64,000 nucleotides of DNA from Octopus vulgaris. Taxonomy: Eukaryota. Positions 26,458 through 40,729 of the stretch are shown piece after piece. Location of the stretch: positions 90,892,001 to 90,956,000 of the forward strand of contig OX597821.1 in assembly GCA_951406725.2 (NCBI GenBank). Direction: 5' to 3'. The notes beneath the pieces were generated by a model, which did no database searches, had not been told where the DNA came from, and saw only the letters and a list, made by a program, of their open reading frames with translations. Positions within the stretch are counted from its first letter, which is position 1, and each line of letters opens with the position of its first letter. The translations under genes were made by a program, and so were the position numbers.

Positions 26458-26869
26458 AATGTCCACTTGGGTCAGACGAAATTTATTGAGTCAGGTTTTC
26501 TAAGTTTGGGTGCCCTTCCTGTCACTAACACTCACTTTTCCCAGGAAAAATAATATTTCACATGACCAGACATGTTTTATTCACATAAGACTGTGCACCA
26601 ACATCATCGCTTGTATGACAGTGATACTTGTTTACAACCATCATGTGAATTTTTGCAGCAAGAGTGAACACACATATATGCACACACGCACACATACATG
26701 CACGTGCACACACATTTATTGGTGTCATGCCTGTGCCACTGCCATTTAAAAAGCATTTGTTCAGCTGCCATGTAAAATTGCTCTGTTGCCATGTTAAATG
26801 TACCCAGCAGACACAGGAAAGTTGTTGGCATTAGGAAGGGCATCCAGCCATAGAAACCAAGGATAGGAA

Positions 26870-27127
26870 AATATTAGATTTATAAGCCCTAAAATTCACT
26901 CTATAATTGCCCATGGGCTTATGGTGTAGTGGGAAAGATTCTGAGTTCAATTCCAGGCATTGACCTGAATAATAATAATAATAACCCAGGTTCGAAATTT
27001 CCCCAAGACACCTGATGAAGGCTGGAGAGTATATCAGCTGAAACATGTTAACAACAAACAAGATGAGGACAAATATCCGTCAAATGTAAATAATGCATAT
27101 AATTCCTCATCTCTCAAATATAGAACT
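26870..27127 (+). mobile_element. Second copy of the tRNA plus hammerhead PLE 3' module
   Basis: tttataagccctaaa.ttcactctataattgc, internally deleted tRNA, (AAT)n, gacac-CTGATGA-a-GGCTG..CAGCT-GAAA at 27007-27043. Confidence 0.75.
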
Positions 27128-27566
27128 GTATCACGCTGAATCATTCTGGAATCTGGTACAGCTCTCCAGCTTGCCAACTCTAGTTGAACTGCACAACCCA
27201 TGCCAACATGGAAAATGGATGTTAATGATGAAGATGATGATGATGTTGATGATGATGATGTGTGTTTGTGTGTCCACTAAATAGCAAATTATCACAGCAT
27301 TGCCTAACCTTTTTAACCATCTTGTTGCAAACAATAACACTCCAAACATGAAAGCAGTAATCAAATTCCTTATAAAATCCAGATTTATTCTTTACACACT
27401 CGATCATCAACACACCTATCTCACCAAGAGAATAATCTAACAATGATTTGAACTCTCTTACAATATAATATGATAATAGAGTCTCACAAGTTTATATGGC
27501 AAAGATTGATGCTGAGTGGTGTCTGGAAAAGATGAAAAGAAACAACATGCCCGTAACACAAAATGT

Positions 27567-27610
<44 letters not shown>

Positions 27611-29498
27611 TTAGCGTCCGTTTTCCATGCTAGCATGGGTTGGACGGTTCAACTGGGGTCTGGGGAGCCCGAAGGCTGCACCAGGCCAGTCAGATCTGGC
27701 AGTGTTTCTACAGCTGGATGCCCTTCCTAACGCCAACCACTCCGAGAGTGTAGTGGGTGATTTTATGTGCCACCGACACAGGTGCCAGACGAGGCTGGCA
27801 GACGGCCACGCTCGGATGGTGTTTTTATGTGCCACCGACACAGGTGCCAGATGAGGCTGGCGGACGGCCACGATCGGATGGTGTTTGTTACGTCCCCAAA
27901 GCACGGAGGCCAGTCTATGCGGTACTGGCTACGGCCACGTTCGGATGATTTTCTTGTGTGCCACCGGCACTGGTACCACAAAGATACAAATTCCATTGAT
28001 GTTCATCTATTTTGATTTGTTTTAATTTGATTTGATTTTCACTTGCCTCACCAGGTCTTCACAAGTGTCACAAGAAGGAAGGTATGCACAGGTGGACTGA
28101 CTACGTCCCAGGTAGGGGCCACGGGTTATGGCCTGACTAGTCTTGCCGGGTCTTCGGATGGTGTTTTTATGTGCCACCGACACAGGTGCCAGATGAGGCT
28201 GGCAAACGGCCACGATCGGATGGTGTTTGTTGCGTGCCCACAGCACGGAGGCCAGTCGATGCGGTACTGGCTACGGCCACGTTCGGATGGTTTTCTTGTG
28301 TGCCACCGGCACTGGTACCACAAGATACAAATTCCATTGATGTTCATCTATTTTGATTTGATTTGATTTGATTTTCACTTGCCTCAACAGGTCTTCACAG
28401 GTCTTCACAAGTGTCACAAGAAGGAAGGAAGGTATGCACAGGTGGACTGACTACGTCCCAAGTAGGGGCCATGGGTTATGGCCTGACTAGTCTTGCCGGG
28501 TCTTCGGTTGGTGTTTTTATGTGCCACCGACACAGGTGCCAGATGAGGCTGGCGGACGGCCACGATCGGATGGTGTTTGTTATGTGCCCACATCACAGAG
28601 GCCAGTCGATGCGGTACTGGCTACGGCCACGTTCGGATGGTTTTCTTGTGTGCCACCGGTACTGGTACCACAAAGATACAAATTCCATTGATGTTCATCT
28701 ATTTTGATTTGGTTTGATTTGATTTGATTTGATTTTGATTTTCACTTGCCTCAACAGGTCTACACAAGTGTCACACACTTGCCTCAACAGGTCTTCACAA
28801 GTGTCATAAGTAGGAAGGTATGCACAGGTGGACTGACTACGTCGCCGGGTCTTCGGATGGTGTTTTTTATGTGCCACCGACACAGGTGCCAGATGAGGCT
28901 GGCGAACAGCCACGATCGGATGGTTTTCTTGTGTGCCACCGGAACTGGAACCACAAAGATACAAATTCCATTGATGTTCATCTATTTTGATTTGGTTTGA
29001 TTTTCACTTGCCTCAACAGGTCTTCACAAGTTTGGTTTGATTTTCACTTGCCTCAACAGGTCTTCACAAGTGTCACACGTGTCACACATTTGCCTCAACA
29101 GGTCTCCACAAGTGTCACACACTTGCCTCTGCCTCAACAGGTCTTCACAAAGTGTCACACACTTGCCTCTGCCTCAACAGGTCTTCACAAGTGTCACACA
29201 CTTGCCTCAACAGGTCTTCACAAGTGTCATAAGAGGGAAGGTATGCACAGGTGGACTGACTACGTCGCCGGGTCTTCGGATGGTGTTTTTATGTGCCACC
29301 GACACAGGTGCCAGATGAGGCTGGCGAACGGCCACGATCAGATGGTGTTTGTTGTGCCCACAGCACGGAGGCCAGTCAATGCGGTACTGGCTACGGCCAC
29401 GTTCGGATGGTTTTCTTGTGTGCCACCGGTACTGGAACCACAAAGATACAAATTCCATTGATGTTCATCTATTTTGATTTGGTTTGATTTGATTTTGA
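27567..29498 (-). repeat. Tandem array of RTE LINE 3' ends (~330-360-bp units) with nested 33-bp and ~60-bp sub-repeats
   Basis: (CAT)n tail at 27567-27610, then 5 occurrences of ..gatacaaattccattgatgttcatctattttgattt..; 33-bp unit cacttgcctcaacaggtcttcacaagtgtcaca reiterated at 28743-28806 and 29006-29229. Confidence 0.85.
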
Positions 29499-31118
29499 CA
29501 CTAATAATATCCAGTGTACAGGCTGAGAGGCAACAACCTGCATGCATAAAAGTACCTATGGCCCATAGTATTAGTATCATTAGGGTTAAGAAATTATATA
29601 TAGTTTATAACAAAGCCTGCATACACACACACACACCTGTAGAAGCATGCATTCATATATACAGACATGATAAATTAACATTTCCAAATTACGGTGACAA
29701 ATCAATTGTCCATCTTTGTCTGCCATTTCTGCAGTTATTGCCAGATTTTTTTTTTTCAAATATATATTCATATGAACAAAGTGTAAAATACAAAAATAGA
29801 TGTAACATATTTATATATACAAAAGTTGACATTCTGTACATCAATTAGACAATCACTAAAAAGTGTGGTCCCAAACTACACTAGTTCAAAGCATAGAATA
29901 TCTAGTGCGAGATATTATATATTATTGACTTCTAAACAGTTGATAGGCCAGCTCTGCAAAACAGCTCTGTTCAAGCAGAGTACTAACCATTGCCCATCAA
30001 CAACAAAAGTAACACAAACTGCTATCACTTAAGCTCATGACATTTATGTTATAAAACAATGTTCAAGTGTGCCTCATTATAATAAGGTTCAGCATTTTCA
30101 CTTCTTTCCCAGTATGAAGAGTACATCACTGACAATATCATATATTATGCAATATCCATTAATATAACTTCATATATGTATACATGTGTATATATATATA
30201 TGCATGCATGTGAATATATATTTATACATGTATGTCTCCATGTATGGATGCATGCATGTATGTATGCGTGCATGTGTTGTCTCAGCTAATATATCTCAAC
30301 GTCTATTCATTTGCCAATGTGTATATAAATATGCATGCAAATGGAAGCATGTACAATACAATATCACACCTCCATCATATTCATTAATATTACCGCTCCA
30401 TATTAGGGCCTTAAGCCATGGCATTAACCATCAAATCCAGAGGAATAAAGATTATGACAGCCGTGAAATAGCTGTGAATTAATAAAGAGATATTGCTTCA
30501 GTTGTTCTGGGTTTACTGTTTATTAAACAGCTCCTGATCGATGGGGTGGTGGCAAGATTGTGTTCATGTAAGAGTATGTCTTTTATGTATATGAGTGTGT
30601 ATATCTGATATGGGAAGAAGCGTGTCTGATCTACGGCTTCAACAAGCCTATGTATATCTCTTATGTATATGCGCCATATATTGTCTTATGTATGTGTATA
30701 TATATATGATGTGGAAGGATATATATGCTTGTGTGTGAGTGGGTCTGATAAAAGAAGTTCACTCACACATGTATATGCACAGATGTATGAATAATGCATT
30801 GCATATGTAATATTAAGATATGTACGTGTGAGTGTTCATGTGTACGTATGTGAGTGTGTGTGTTTCTGTGTGTATGTGTGTGTGTGTGTGCGTGTGTGTA
30901 TGTCTAAGTGTGTGAATGGTTGTGTGAGGGTATTTGTTAATGACTGAGTATGGTGTGAATACTTGTATGTGTGTGTGTGTGTGTGTGAGAGTGTGTGTGT
31001 GTGTATGTGTTTATGCGTATGTGTTTATATATATAATTTATATGTATGAGTATCTGGTATATTGGAATGAAAGCTGTGTCTATATTTGGCATCAAAGGAT
31101 GTGTTTCTGTGAGACTTA

Positions 31119-31215
31119 GGAGGAGGAAGAGAAGGAGGAGGAGAAGAACAAGAAGAACAAGAAGAAGAAGACGAAGAAGACGAAGAAGAAGGACGACAAC
31201 AACAACAAACAACAT
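31119..31215. repeat. Compound purine-rich trinucleotide repeat (AGG)(AGA)(ACG)(ACA)
   Basis: Direct inspection. Confidence 0.85.
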
Positions 31216-32290
31216 ACAAGAGAGAATTATAAAGAAGTTAAAGTTGTCTGAATATGAGGTGACAGATGCACACACAACACACACACACACACACAAATAC
31301 ATACATACAGAGAGAGAGAGAGAGAGAGAGAAACACGTACACATATACTTTAAACAAGGGTGTGTATGTGTGCGTATGTGTGTTTTAGATAATGTGTGAA
31401 GGAGTATGTGATTTGGCCTAACACACCAGCAAATGGTGAGAAGAATAATGTTCATATTTATTAGCTGCAGTTTATAATTGCAATGCAGACTTCTTTTGTG
31501 TTTTTAGCCTGCACACAAACCATGATCACTGAAATACACATGATTATATTTGTGTAAATATGTGTGTCTGTATGCATAGTTACACACACACACACCTACA
31601 CACACAAATATATATATATGTATATATATATATATGTATGTATGTACGTATATATGTATATATATATTTATATATACATATATATATATGTATGTATGTA
31701 TGTATGTACGTATGTATGTATGTATATATTTATATATATATATATACATAAATAAATATACATATACATATATTTATATATATGTGTGTGTGTAGATAAA
31801 TATACAAGGATAAATGCATATATATGAACATATATATAAATACATGTGTATGTGTGTATATATATTTATATATCTATAAAATTACATGAATGTATGCTTA
31901 TATATTTATATATATATATATGTATACTTATATGCATGAATACATATTGCATACATGTATAAATTCAAAATAAATAAAAAAATCAAAGTGTCCTTTTGCC
32001 TGAGCATGTCAGTTCAACTGAGAAATTGTTCTTAATTTTTTTTACATTATCTCCCCTTCTTATTCGAAAACGCTTACTATTATCACTGGGTTTTTGTTTT
32101 CTTTCTCTATCGAAGGGGTATTTTAATAAATAAGGAATTTATTGTGTACGGCACACAAAACACTCTACCAGTAACTTTATAACACACTGTATGCTCAAAC
32201 ATGCCCACACTCAAAATATACATCACACAAACGCGCACACATATAGGTAGATACAGACAAATAGACTGACAGACCAACTGACTGAGAGAC

Positions 32291-32336
<46 letters not shown>

Positions 32337-32592
32337 GTTTCTTTATTGGCCACACAGGGCTGCACACAGATGGGACAAGTTACGAGGTAGAGCTTTTCTT
32401 TTGGGGGATGAAAAAACAAAAAGCAAAAAAAAAGAAACAAAGAAAAAGGTGGCGGAGGTTTTCGATCAAAAGGGATCGTAAAAGGGAAAAAAAGAACAAA
32501 AAATAAAAGAAAAAAAAGAAAAAAAAAAGAAAAGGAACAAAAGAAAAGAGAAATGAAAAAAGAAGAAAAAAGGGGAAGAGGAAAAAAAGAAC

Positions 32593-32641
<49 letters not shown>

Positions 32642-33015
32642 GTAGATACACAGATGTACAGGTTAAATTTCTTTATATTATAATTGACAGTGAATACTAA
32701 ACTGTTGTAATGATAACTGCTCTGCATGGAAATCAACGATTGCAAATATATGCATCTCTTAAATATGACCCATGCCAGCATGGAAGGCAGATACTAAATA
32801 ATGATATATATATTCTTATTTTCTTTTTAATTCTTTTTATTTGCCTCGTCTTTAGTCCAACAAATTGACCCTATGGACTTATTCTTTGTAAGCCTAATGC
32901 TTATTCTATCAGTCCGGTTTGCTAAACTGCTAAGTTACTGGGACGTAAACACACCAACATCGGTGTCAAGTGATGGTGGGGGGACCAAACATAGGCACAC
33001 AAATACATATATGCT

Positions 33016-33054
<39 letters not shown>

Positions 33055-33113
33055 ATGTATATGTGTGTGTGTGTGTATATATATGTGTTTGTATATATGT
33101 ATATATATATATA

Positions 33114-33153
<40 letters not shown>

Positions 33154-33156
<3 letters not shown>

Positions 33157-33357
33157 TCAAAATGTGACTGTGTGTTTACCGTTGGCGATTTTTTTCCTCC
33201 GTCTTCCCTTCTTTGGATCTTTCCTTTTCCTATGTTTCCGACGAAGAGTTCTGCTCGAAACGTTAAACCCTCCTTCTTTCCTTCTTTCCTGAGTGGCCAA
33301 CAATACTATACTTGTTCCACGTCCTCACATTGTTGTGTTTTCATGTTTGGATTAACT
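33154..33357 (+). mobile_element. ~205-bp hammerhead-containing module in (TA)n
   Basis: Same ends (cattcaaaatgtgac...ggattaact) as 61761-61976; gttt-CCGACGA-a-gagt tct gctc-GAAA-cg-TT-aaac at 33234-33268. Confidence 0.75.
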
Positions 33358-33589
33358 ATATATATATATATATATGTATATATATACATACGAAGAATCA
33401 TCTTCAAGCAGATGCAATCAGTCTGTCTAACATAATTCCACATTCTAAGCACTTCTCCATTAATGATTCTGATGTAGTCTTTTAGATCAAGAACAGGAGC
33501 AATGTCTTTGTGGCATGCTTTGCTCTTTCTTTCAAACTGTAATGTTCTACGCATTTAATGCATTTGGGCACAGATTTATCCATTAACAT

Positions 33590-34177
33590 CTTGCATCACT
33601 TGTCTGGAACCCCTATCTTGCCCAGGATATTAATTGTCTGGAAACCGTTCAGTGACGTGCAACCAAGAGAATACCCTCCATCAAGCATTTGCCATACTAT
33701 GAACGCCTTACTTCCCTGGGCATGGATACATTGAAACTCTGACATCTGGCAGCTGACTTGGCAGACACCCATAAATCATTAACCATCTTACTATAATAAC
33801 TCTGAGCACCTTTTCAAACTCCACCTGTCTAACACCCATGGACATGTTTACAAAGTCAGAAAGCAGCACGGCTCCCATGACTTTCAGAAACATTTTTTCA
33901 CACTGAGAGTTGCCGAAGCATGAACAAACTGCCAGCATCAGTTGTTAGTTGTCGGAGCACTGCATCCTTCAAAACTTCCATGCTTCCTGAGATTCGCCAA
34001 CACTACACCTAATTTTCTCCCCTCCATACACATACAAGCATGTATCTTACTCATACACTGTTCACTTTCCAGACATTTGTACATTACTGCATATGCTTTA
34101 TATGCACTTTTGACAAGTTGTGGTGCACCTGAGCACACTATACAATAATTTCATTATTATTATTATTATTATTATTA

Positions 34178-34220
<43 letters not shown>
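33590..34220 (+). mobile_element. CR1-clade LINE 3' end with (ATT)n tail
   Basis: WNPYLAQDINCLETVQ.RATKRIPSIKHLPYYERL..HFFTLRVAEA.NKLPASVV, a typical CR1 RT C-terminus. Confidence 0.85.
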
Positions 34221-34221
<1 letters not shown>

Positions 34222-34933
34222 TTATAAATAGTATTTATTATTTTGAACTATATTATATTGTGTTAACAGATCATTTCATCATAAACTGTATTAAGTTTCA
34301 TTAATTTTAATTCATATTTTTCACTTAATAATTTTAATTGGTATTGTCTTTTTATGAGTTGATACATAGATTAGAAAAAAGTATATTTGATCATGTTTGG
34401 AAGACTTCCATTTCAACAAATGTGAATCCATAGGATGAAATTTGAAAAAACATTGCTGATTCCATAAAAAAGAAAATGATGAGAGACAGTCAAAATACTT
34501 TCATTCTTATTAATATTTGATGAATTAATTAATAAAATTTAATCTTGTTTTAGTTATTGTTTTATCTTATTCATTGCAGAGAGAAATTTCGGGTGGTACA
34601 ATCAAAGTTGTTTTGCTCTAGTGAAATACTCTTAGTAATGAATTTCTCTATTTCAGAAATTTCTCTATTTCAAAAATTGTTTGGCATAGTCTGAATCGGA
34701 ACAAGGCCAGATATCGAAATGAATTCCATTATAATTTTCACACTCACACATGCACATGTGCACATGCACACATACACACACATGCAGGTACATTCACAGG
34801 TGCACATATTCACATGCTCACAGGCACATGCATGAATCAAGGTACCATACAAAAGGACTTAATGTGTCAGCTACACCATGATTCAAACACACTGCCTTAT
34901 CATTGTGAGTCCAACACTTTAACCACTATGATT

Positions 34934-34988
<55 letters not shown>

Positions 34989-34989
34989 A

Positions 34990-35400
34990 GGCGCAGGAGT
35001 GGCTGTGTGGTAAGTAGCTTGCTTACCAACCACATGGTTCCGGGTTCAGTCCCACTGCGTGGCACCTTGAGCAAGTGTCTTCCACTATAGCCACGGGCTG
35101 ACCAAAGCCTTGTGAGTGGATTTGGTAGACGGAAACTGAAAGAAGCCCGTCGTATATATGTATATATATATGTGTGTGTGTATGTTTGTGTGTCTGTGTT
35201 TGTCCCCCTAGCATTGTTTGACAACCGATGCTGGTGTGTTTATGTCCACGTTACTTAGCGGTTCGGCAAAAGAGACCAATAGAATAAGTACTGGGTTTAC
35301 CAAAAGAATAAGTCCCTGGGTCGAGTTGCTCGATTAAAGGCGGTGCTCCAGCATGGCCGCAGTCAAAATGACTGAAACAAGGGAAAAGAAAGAAAAAGAA
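34990..35400 (+). mobile_element. SINE family B, full length, between (TA)n tracts
   Basis: ggcgcaggagtggctgtgtggtaag A-box, gggttcagtccc B-box, CORE-like segment. Confidence 0.9.
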
Positions 35401-35474
<74 letters not shown>

Positions 35475-35583
35475 TTTATAGGAATGGTCATTTTGCCAGT
35501 TTAGCCAATAAAAACACATGCACTATATGTTTGGTGTTAAATTGCTTCAGCATTATTTATTTTTTACATTAATCTTAATCTTA

Positions 35584-35630
35584 TTTCGGCCAGAGTTCTT
35601 TCATCACACTTCTGTGACCTCATCAGTGGT
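35584..35630 (-). ncRNA. Partial hammerhead-like motif in a PLE-like fragment
   Basis: Minus strand CTGATGA-GGTCA..TGGCC-GAAA; stem I partner not evident. Confidence 0.35.
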
Positions 35631-36109
35631 CCTTTGCTTTCTTCTTTCTTATTTGTGTGTCTCTCCTTACTAATGGTCAGCCATTTTGTATTTTGTATTC
35701 CTATTGTATGTGTCCTTATTTGCGCATGCTTATACCTCTATGTGTGTCTATGTTTAGTTAGAGGGGGAAGTGCCTGTAGTATTTGTATCTCCTGTTTATA
35801 CACGTTCGTGTAATTTGTTTTTGTTTATTTTTATTTTGTTCAAGTGTTTACACCTACTTATTATTATTGTTTTTTTTTTGGTCTTATTTAGTTAATTTTA
35901 TTTTAATGTATATAGTTATTTACTTCCATTTGTTTATTTATCTGTGTATTTTATTATGTTTTCTTTATATTGTTACCAGTTTATGAAAGCTACACACATA
36001 ATAGAAGATAAACCTAGCCTGAATAGGAAACTGGAATGGAACACTAGCACACACACCCAACTCACCACAGCATATGACAGAAGAAGATCCCCATAAACTG
36101 GTAACAATA

Positions 36110-36772
36110 TATACTTATTCTTTGTAAGCCCTGTACTTATTCAATCAGTCTCTTTTGCCAACCATTAAGTTATGGGGATGTAAACACACCAACATCAGTT
36201 GTCAAGTGATGGTTGGGAGACAAACACAGACACAAAGGCTCACACAGAAATATATATTCACATATGTATATGACAGGCTTCTTTCAGTTTCCGTCAAACA
36301 AATTCACTCACAAGGCTTTGGTCAGCCCAAGGCTATATTAGAAGATTCTTGCCACTGCTACACAGTGGGACTGAACATGGAACCATGTGGTTGGGAAGCA
36401 GGCACAAGCATGGTCGCATGGTAAAAAGTTTGCTTCCAAACCAATTGGTTCCAGGTTCAGTTCCACTGTACGACATCATGGCCAAGTATCTTCTGCTATA
36501 GCCTAAGTCCAACCAAAGCTTTGTGAGCAGATGTGGTAGACAGAAAAGGAAAGAAGCTCATTGAATATATTTATATATATATATCTATGTGTGTGTGTAT
36601 CTTTACATCAGTGTTTGTCCCCCACCAAGGCTTCACAACGAGTGTCGGTATATATCTCCATAACTTAGCAGTTTGGCAAAAGAGACAGACTGAAAAACAT
36701 GTACAGGAGTCGATTTGTTTGACTAAACTTCTTCAAGGCAATGCCCCAGCTTGGCTAAAGTCTCGTGACTAA
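36110..36772. mobile_element. Two degenerate SINE family B copies, head-to-head
   Basis: Minus copy ~36110-36398 joined to plus copy ~36400-36772. Confidence 0.75.
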
Positions 36773-36788
36773 AGCAAATTTACAAGTA

Positions 36789-36821
<33 letters not shown>

Positions 36822-36822
36822 T

Positions 36823-36870
<48 letters not shown>

Positions 36871-36903
36871 CATATGTATGCAAATATGTATATAAACATA
36901 TGT

Positions 36904-37162
36904 ATCATCATCATTTAATGTCCGCTTTCATGGTAGCATGGGTTGGACGATTTGACTGAGGACTGGCAGACCAGATGGCTGCACCAGGCTCCAATCTTGA
37001 TCTGGCAGAGTTTCTACAGCTGGATGCCCTTTCTAATGCCAACAACTCCGAGAGTTTAGTGGGTGCTTTTACGTGCCACTGGCATGAGGACCAGTCAGGC
37101 GGTACTGGCAATGGCCATGCTCATGTGGTGCTTTTTGCATGCCACCTGCACAGGAGCCAGAC
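36904..37162 (-). mobile_element. RTE LINE 3' UTR fragment
   Basis: Homologous to 4670-4940. Confidence 0.8.
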
Positions 37163-37414
37163 CTGCATGTATGCATTTGTATACAGATGTGTGCAGGTTT
37201 GTGTGTATGCACTAATTTTGTCAGCTGCTATCTAGAACATCCACTCATGATACTTTCGTCAGGTCTAGGGCTACAATAAATGATACTTGAAGCCAAGTTG
37301 CTATGCTGTGGTATTGAATCCAAAACTACATGGTTGAGATGTGAAACACATAGCTATGATTACATCTATCAATCTGTTTATCTCTCTCCTCCTCCCTCTC
37401 TGTATGTATATATA

Positions 37415-37822
37415 TACTCTTTTACTCTCTTTTACTTGTTTCAGTCATTTGACTGCGACCATACTGGAGCACCGCCTTTAGTCGAGCAAATCGACCCCGG
37501 GACTTATTCTTTTTTGTAAGCCCAGTACTTATTCTATCGGTTCTTTTGCCAAACCGCTAAGTGACGGGGACGTAAACACACCAGCATCGGTTGTCAAGCA
37601 ATGCTAGGGGGACAAACACAAACACACACACATACACACATATATATATACATATATACGACAGGCTTCTTTCAGTTTCCGTCTACCAAATCCACTCACA
37701 AGGCATTGGTCGGCCCGAGGCTATAGCAGAAGACACTTGCCCAAGATGCAACACAGTGGGACTGAACCCGGAACCATGTGGTTGGTTAGCAAGCTACTTA
37801 CCACACAGCCACCACACAGCCA
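37415..37822 (-). mobile_element. SINE family B, full length
   Basis: Near-identical to 3091-3506. Confidence 0.9.
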
Positions 37823-39068
37823 CTATATATATATAAACGCACATACATATATCTATGCATACACAAATATATATATGTATATAAATATGTGTGCTTGTGT
37901 GCATGTGTGTCTGTCTGTCAGTGTGTGTGTGTACTCTCACACATATATCCTGTAAGGTATAGTATATAATATACCACACACTAAGGTGTCTAGTTCAGGT
38001 GACGGTAATATCAATGTCAAAAATATCACCAACAGTACGCAATAATACTGGTAGCAACAACAGCAATAACAATGATACCATCAACCATCGCTTCCATTAC
38101 AACCACAACCAACACAACAACAACAACAACAGCTACAGTGACATCAGAAGCAACAACAGCAGCAGCAGTATTGATGGAAACGTAGTTATATCTACGAAAT
38201 AATATAGTGACAGTTTTCAAATCCAAACACTACTAAACTGTCGAAGTGATGTGGATGGGCATCAGCTGGTAATCAGTGGCAAGTTATATAGCTTTAATGT
38301 GCTTGAAGCTTAACCTCACCACACACTATAGCTTTAAAGTAAACCAAAATGAAATTAAAAGCAAACTGCAAACAAAAGTCATCCTCATACGCAAATACAA
38401 ACATAGACAAGCACGCTCACACACACACACACACATACACACGCATATATATTAACTTAATCATTCCTCATAGACACAAGCTTCCAGCTATATTCATATT
38501 TTCACCCCACAACCTTGCTGAAATCAATCTAGTGATGTTGTGTGGATTTGATAGAGATTCTTCACATCTACAGCACATTGAGCAATCATTTACCATCAAA
38601 TTTCAAAACCTGAAATTCAATTTTCTCTTATTGCATTCTGGAAAGATATCTGCAGAAATCCTTTGTCATTCATGGACAGCTAATATCTGACAGGGTTCTT
38701 AGCACCTACAGAAAATATCACTAGATGTTTCATCAAAACAGAGCAAAGCTATTTGACCCTGGAAACCTTCCTTGGCCATCATATAAATTTACGACAGGAG
38801 TGAGAATATTAAAGCAACACACAATCTGCTAAATGCTGAAAGTACGACTCTGATTCATTCGCAAACACAAACACCCATACATGCACACATACACACATGT
38901 GTATGTATGTATGTATGTATGTATGTATGTATGTATGTATGTATGTATGTGTGCATGTATTTATGTATGTATGCATGTATGTATACTGTGTGTTTGTGAA
39001 TATATATATTATACATAAATATACATACAAGCTTGTGCATACACATATACACATACATGCATATATAT

Positions 39069-39119
<51 letters not shown>

Positions 39120-40729
39120 TATATATATATATGTATGTATGCATATCTCTATATATGCACTCACACACATAAATATACCACCAACCATCACCACATACAC
39201 ACACACACACATACACACACACAGATTCACACAAAGAGAGAAACAGACCTGGTTATATACAATCATATATAGATAGACACGCATACACAGAAAACTATGG
39301 ACATAAATAAGCATACTCACACATCTTTACAACAGTATATATATATACACACACACACCAAAGCCTGCTGAAATATTTGGTAAAATTTGTTCCATATCAA
39401 TAGGAAAGCAATGCAAAATCTTTTGGTTCACTGAATCCCTTGATTGTCAGTTTCAACTTTGGCACTATATAGCTTCATGCATGATGGAATTTCTGAGTGT
39501 TTCACTTACAGGGTTATACCATGTTCTACTTCACTACAGCTACATGTGTTGAAGGGCTATTTTGTCTGACAAACTTACAAGCAGGGTGGATATATGGCTT
39601 ATAGTTGGATGGTATAATAAAATCAATGCAAAGATCAAACTCTTGTCACTCACTGTTTTGATTGCCCGCTCAGCACAATCTCTTCTGATTGTGCACAAAG
39701 AAATATCACAGTGTGCAGACCCCAGAAAGCTACAGAATAATTCTGTAACTGCATAAGATGCTAAGCTATAAAAGAATATGTGATTAGCAAGGATAGTTGG
39801 TCTGTGGTTATTATCTTTGCTTTACAGCAACGTGGCCTTTGGTTCAATTCCACTGCACAGCACTTTAGATGACCAAAGACTTATGAGTGAAATTTTGTAG
39901 AAGGAAACTCTGCGAAAGCCTGTCAGGAGGACCATTGAAGTTCTTTGGTCAAGCTTTTGACTGTGCATTCTTACAAAGTGAAGTACCAGCATATTGATCA
40001 GAGAAAATTCCATATTCCATGTCTTTTAGGATGCTAAGGTCATAAAAATATATGAGATTAGCATAGATAATTGGCATGTAATTAAGATGCCTACCTTACA
40101 ACTATGAGGTTTTGGGTTCAATCCTGTTTTGCAGCCCTTTGAGTAGGCGTATTCTACCCTAATTCTGGGTTGATTGAAGCCTTATCAACAAAAATTTCGT
40201 AAATGGAAACCTAAAGGAAGCCTGTCAGAATGTTTGTTCATGTTCTTTCTTCAAAGGTTTAATCTATTATTTTGTTTAGCAACATAACATGATTGTTGAG
40301 CGTCTTTAAAAGTGTCTATTCTGTTTGCAATTATGTGGGCCATAACTTCAGGCTGAGAATAATGTCCTTCCTTTGAGCCACCAGCCTTGGAGGCCATGAT
40401 AAAAAATTTACAAGTGCTAGCTTTCCTTCTCTTATTAACTCATACAGAAATAAAAGCACACACACAGAAGAATTCGATAATTTTTCCACTGCTTACAGTG
40501 GTCTTGTCTATTTACCTCTTAAAGTAAAGCATTTTTTTCAATGTATCCCTTTTTACTTAAAAAGTGTATGGTGTGAGTTTACAGAAATTTGGTTGCTATT
40601 TCCAGCAAAAGGAATGACCTTAAACAGGATTCTTTATCACCTCATATGTTGTTGTTTAGCTTCAGGCAACTCTGATGGAGCAGACATATGATCAAAACTG
40701 TTTTAGCCTTGACCATTGTTCCTCTTTGT

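Noticed and set aside
28743-29229. 33-bp direct repeats resembling a CRISPR array
   Set aside because: No unique spacers, no cas genes, eukaryotic context; the unit is the RTE ORF end
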